Under the pieces are notes generated by a model that had not been told where the DNA came from, searched no databases, and saw only the letters and a program-made list of their open reading frames with translations. 64,000 bases of DNA from Felis catus (taxonomy: Eukaryota), in assembly GCF_018350175.1 (NCBI RefSeq), contig NC_058383.1, positions 25,298,001 through 25,362,000 on the forward strand, given 5' to 3'. The position numbers and the translations under genes were made by a program. This document shows, piece after piece, positions 63,410 through 64,000 of this stretch (positions within the stretch are counted from its first letter, which is position 1; each line of letters starts with the position of its first letter).

Positions 63410-63879
63410 TTCCTCATGCCAGTGGGCCAAGAGCCAAAGAAATGAGTGACTGTGCTATTGAAATTAATTGATTCTGAGTACGTGAAGAACTAGGGGTGCA
63501 ACTACAGAATGGGGGCAGGGAGAATTCACTGGAGCATCTTTTGGTGCTTTCATGCCCCATGTTAATAGAAAATTGGCAGTTTCAGGAACAATGGCACAAT
63601 AAGGGCAAGGGTTCAGAGAAATCTAGCATGGTAGTAGAGGATAAAGATGATGTATATGAATTATGAGGTCACAACCAGCTGCAATAGCAGAAATCATAGT
63701 TTTATAGTTTTAGAAATTCTCTTGCCTTGAGTCTTGTCAGAGAATTTAGCTGGCTACCACCTTGAAGGGGATTCTGTGACTAATCAGACATGTACACTTT
63801 CTCTCCAGGAAGAAGTAAGGTCATTGTGTTTTCAAAACTGGAGGCAAGAGGGGGAATCTTACTGATGAAAGGGGTGGAC
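63410..63879 (+). mobile_element. ERVL-class internal fragment: decayed dUTPase/pol end and polypurine tract
   Basis: FLMPVGQEPKK*VTVLLKLIDSEY / REELGVQLQNGGRENSLEHLLVLSCPML...MVVEDKDDVYEL*GHNQLQ* parallels the recalled HERV-L dUTPase C-terminus; PPT gaaaggggtggac at 63867-63879. Confidence 0.82.
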
Positions 63880-64000
63880 TGTATTAGACACCATTTCACA
63901 GGACTCTTATCCACCACTGAGATTCCATGAGAATTAGGTGCAATCTGTACCTTAACTCATCCCTGAACCTGGGCCACATATTTCTCATCTTCCCAAGGTT
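63880..64000 (+). mobile_element. 5' part of the 3' LTR of the ERVL element (possibly LTR16-like), running off the window
   Basis: tgtattagacacc begins with TG immediately after the PPT. Confidence 0.6.

Noticed and set aside
1..64000. CRISPR array, prokaryotic defence system, operon or horizontally acquired gene
   Set aside because: No repeat-spacer periodicity, no gene-dense segment and no compositional island; the whole window reads as carnivore genomic DNA

Overview
Mammalian non-coding DNA, almost certainly from a felid. Evidence: about 22 carnivore tRNA-derived Can-SINEs (SINEC/SINEC_Fc type) and a felid-type L1 3' end. It reads as a long intron or intergenic interval dense in interspersed repeats: MIR, L2, old and young L1, MaLR (MLT1) and ERVL solo LTRs, MER5/MER58 hAT fossils and microsatellites. 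I found no credible host protein-coding gene, RNA gene, CpG island, CRISPR array or operon-like system. The ORFs in the track are explained by microsatellites, SINEs, L1 or chance. Most notable observations: (i) a heavily decayed Gypsy-type integrase fossil at about 32.3-32.7 kb; (ii) an ERVL dUTPase remnant followed by a polypurine tract and 3' LTR at the right edge; (iii) several + strand splice-signal candidates (26-nt and 21-nt micro-exon candidates, and a CAG|GTAAGA recursive-splice-like site); (iv) repeat-free, motif-rich islands that could be enhancers; (v) nested or young insertions with clean target-site duplications (TSDs). Repeat family names come from recalled consensus sequences, not a database search, and boundaries of old repeats are approximate. 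I found no convincing novel biological system.
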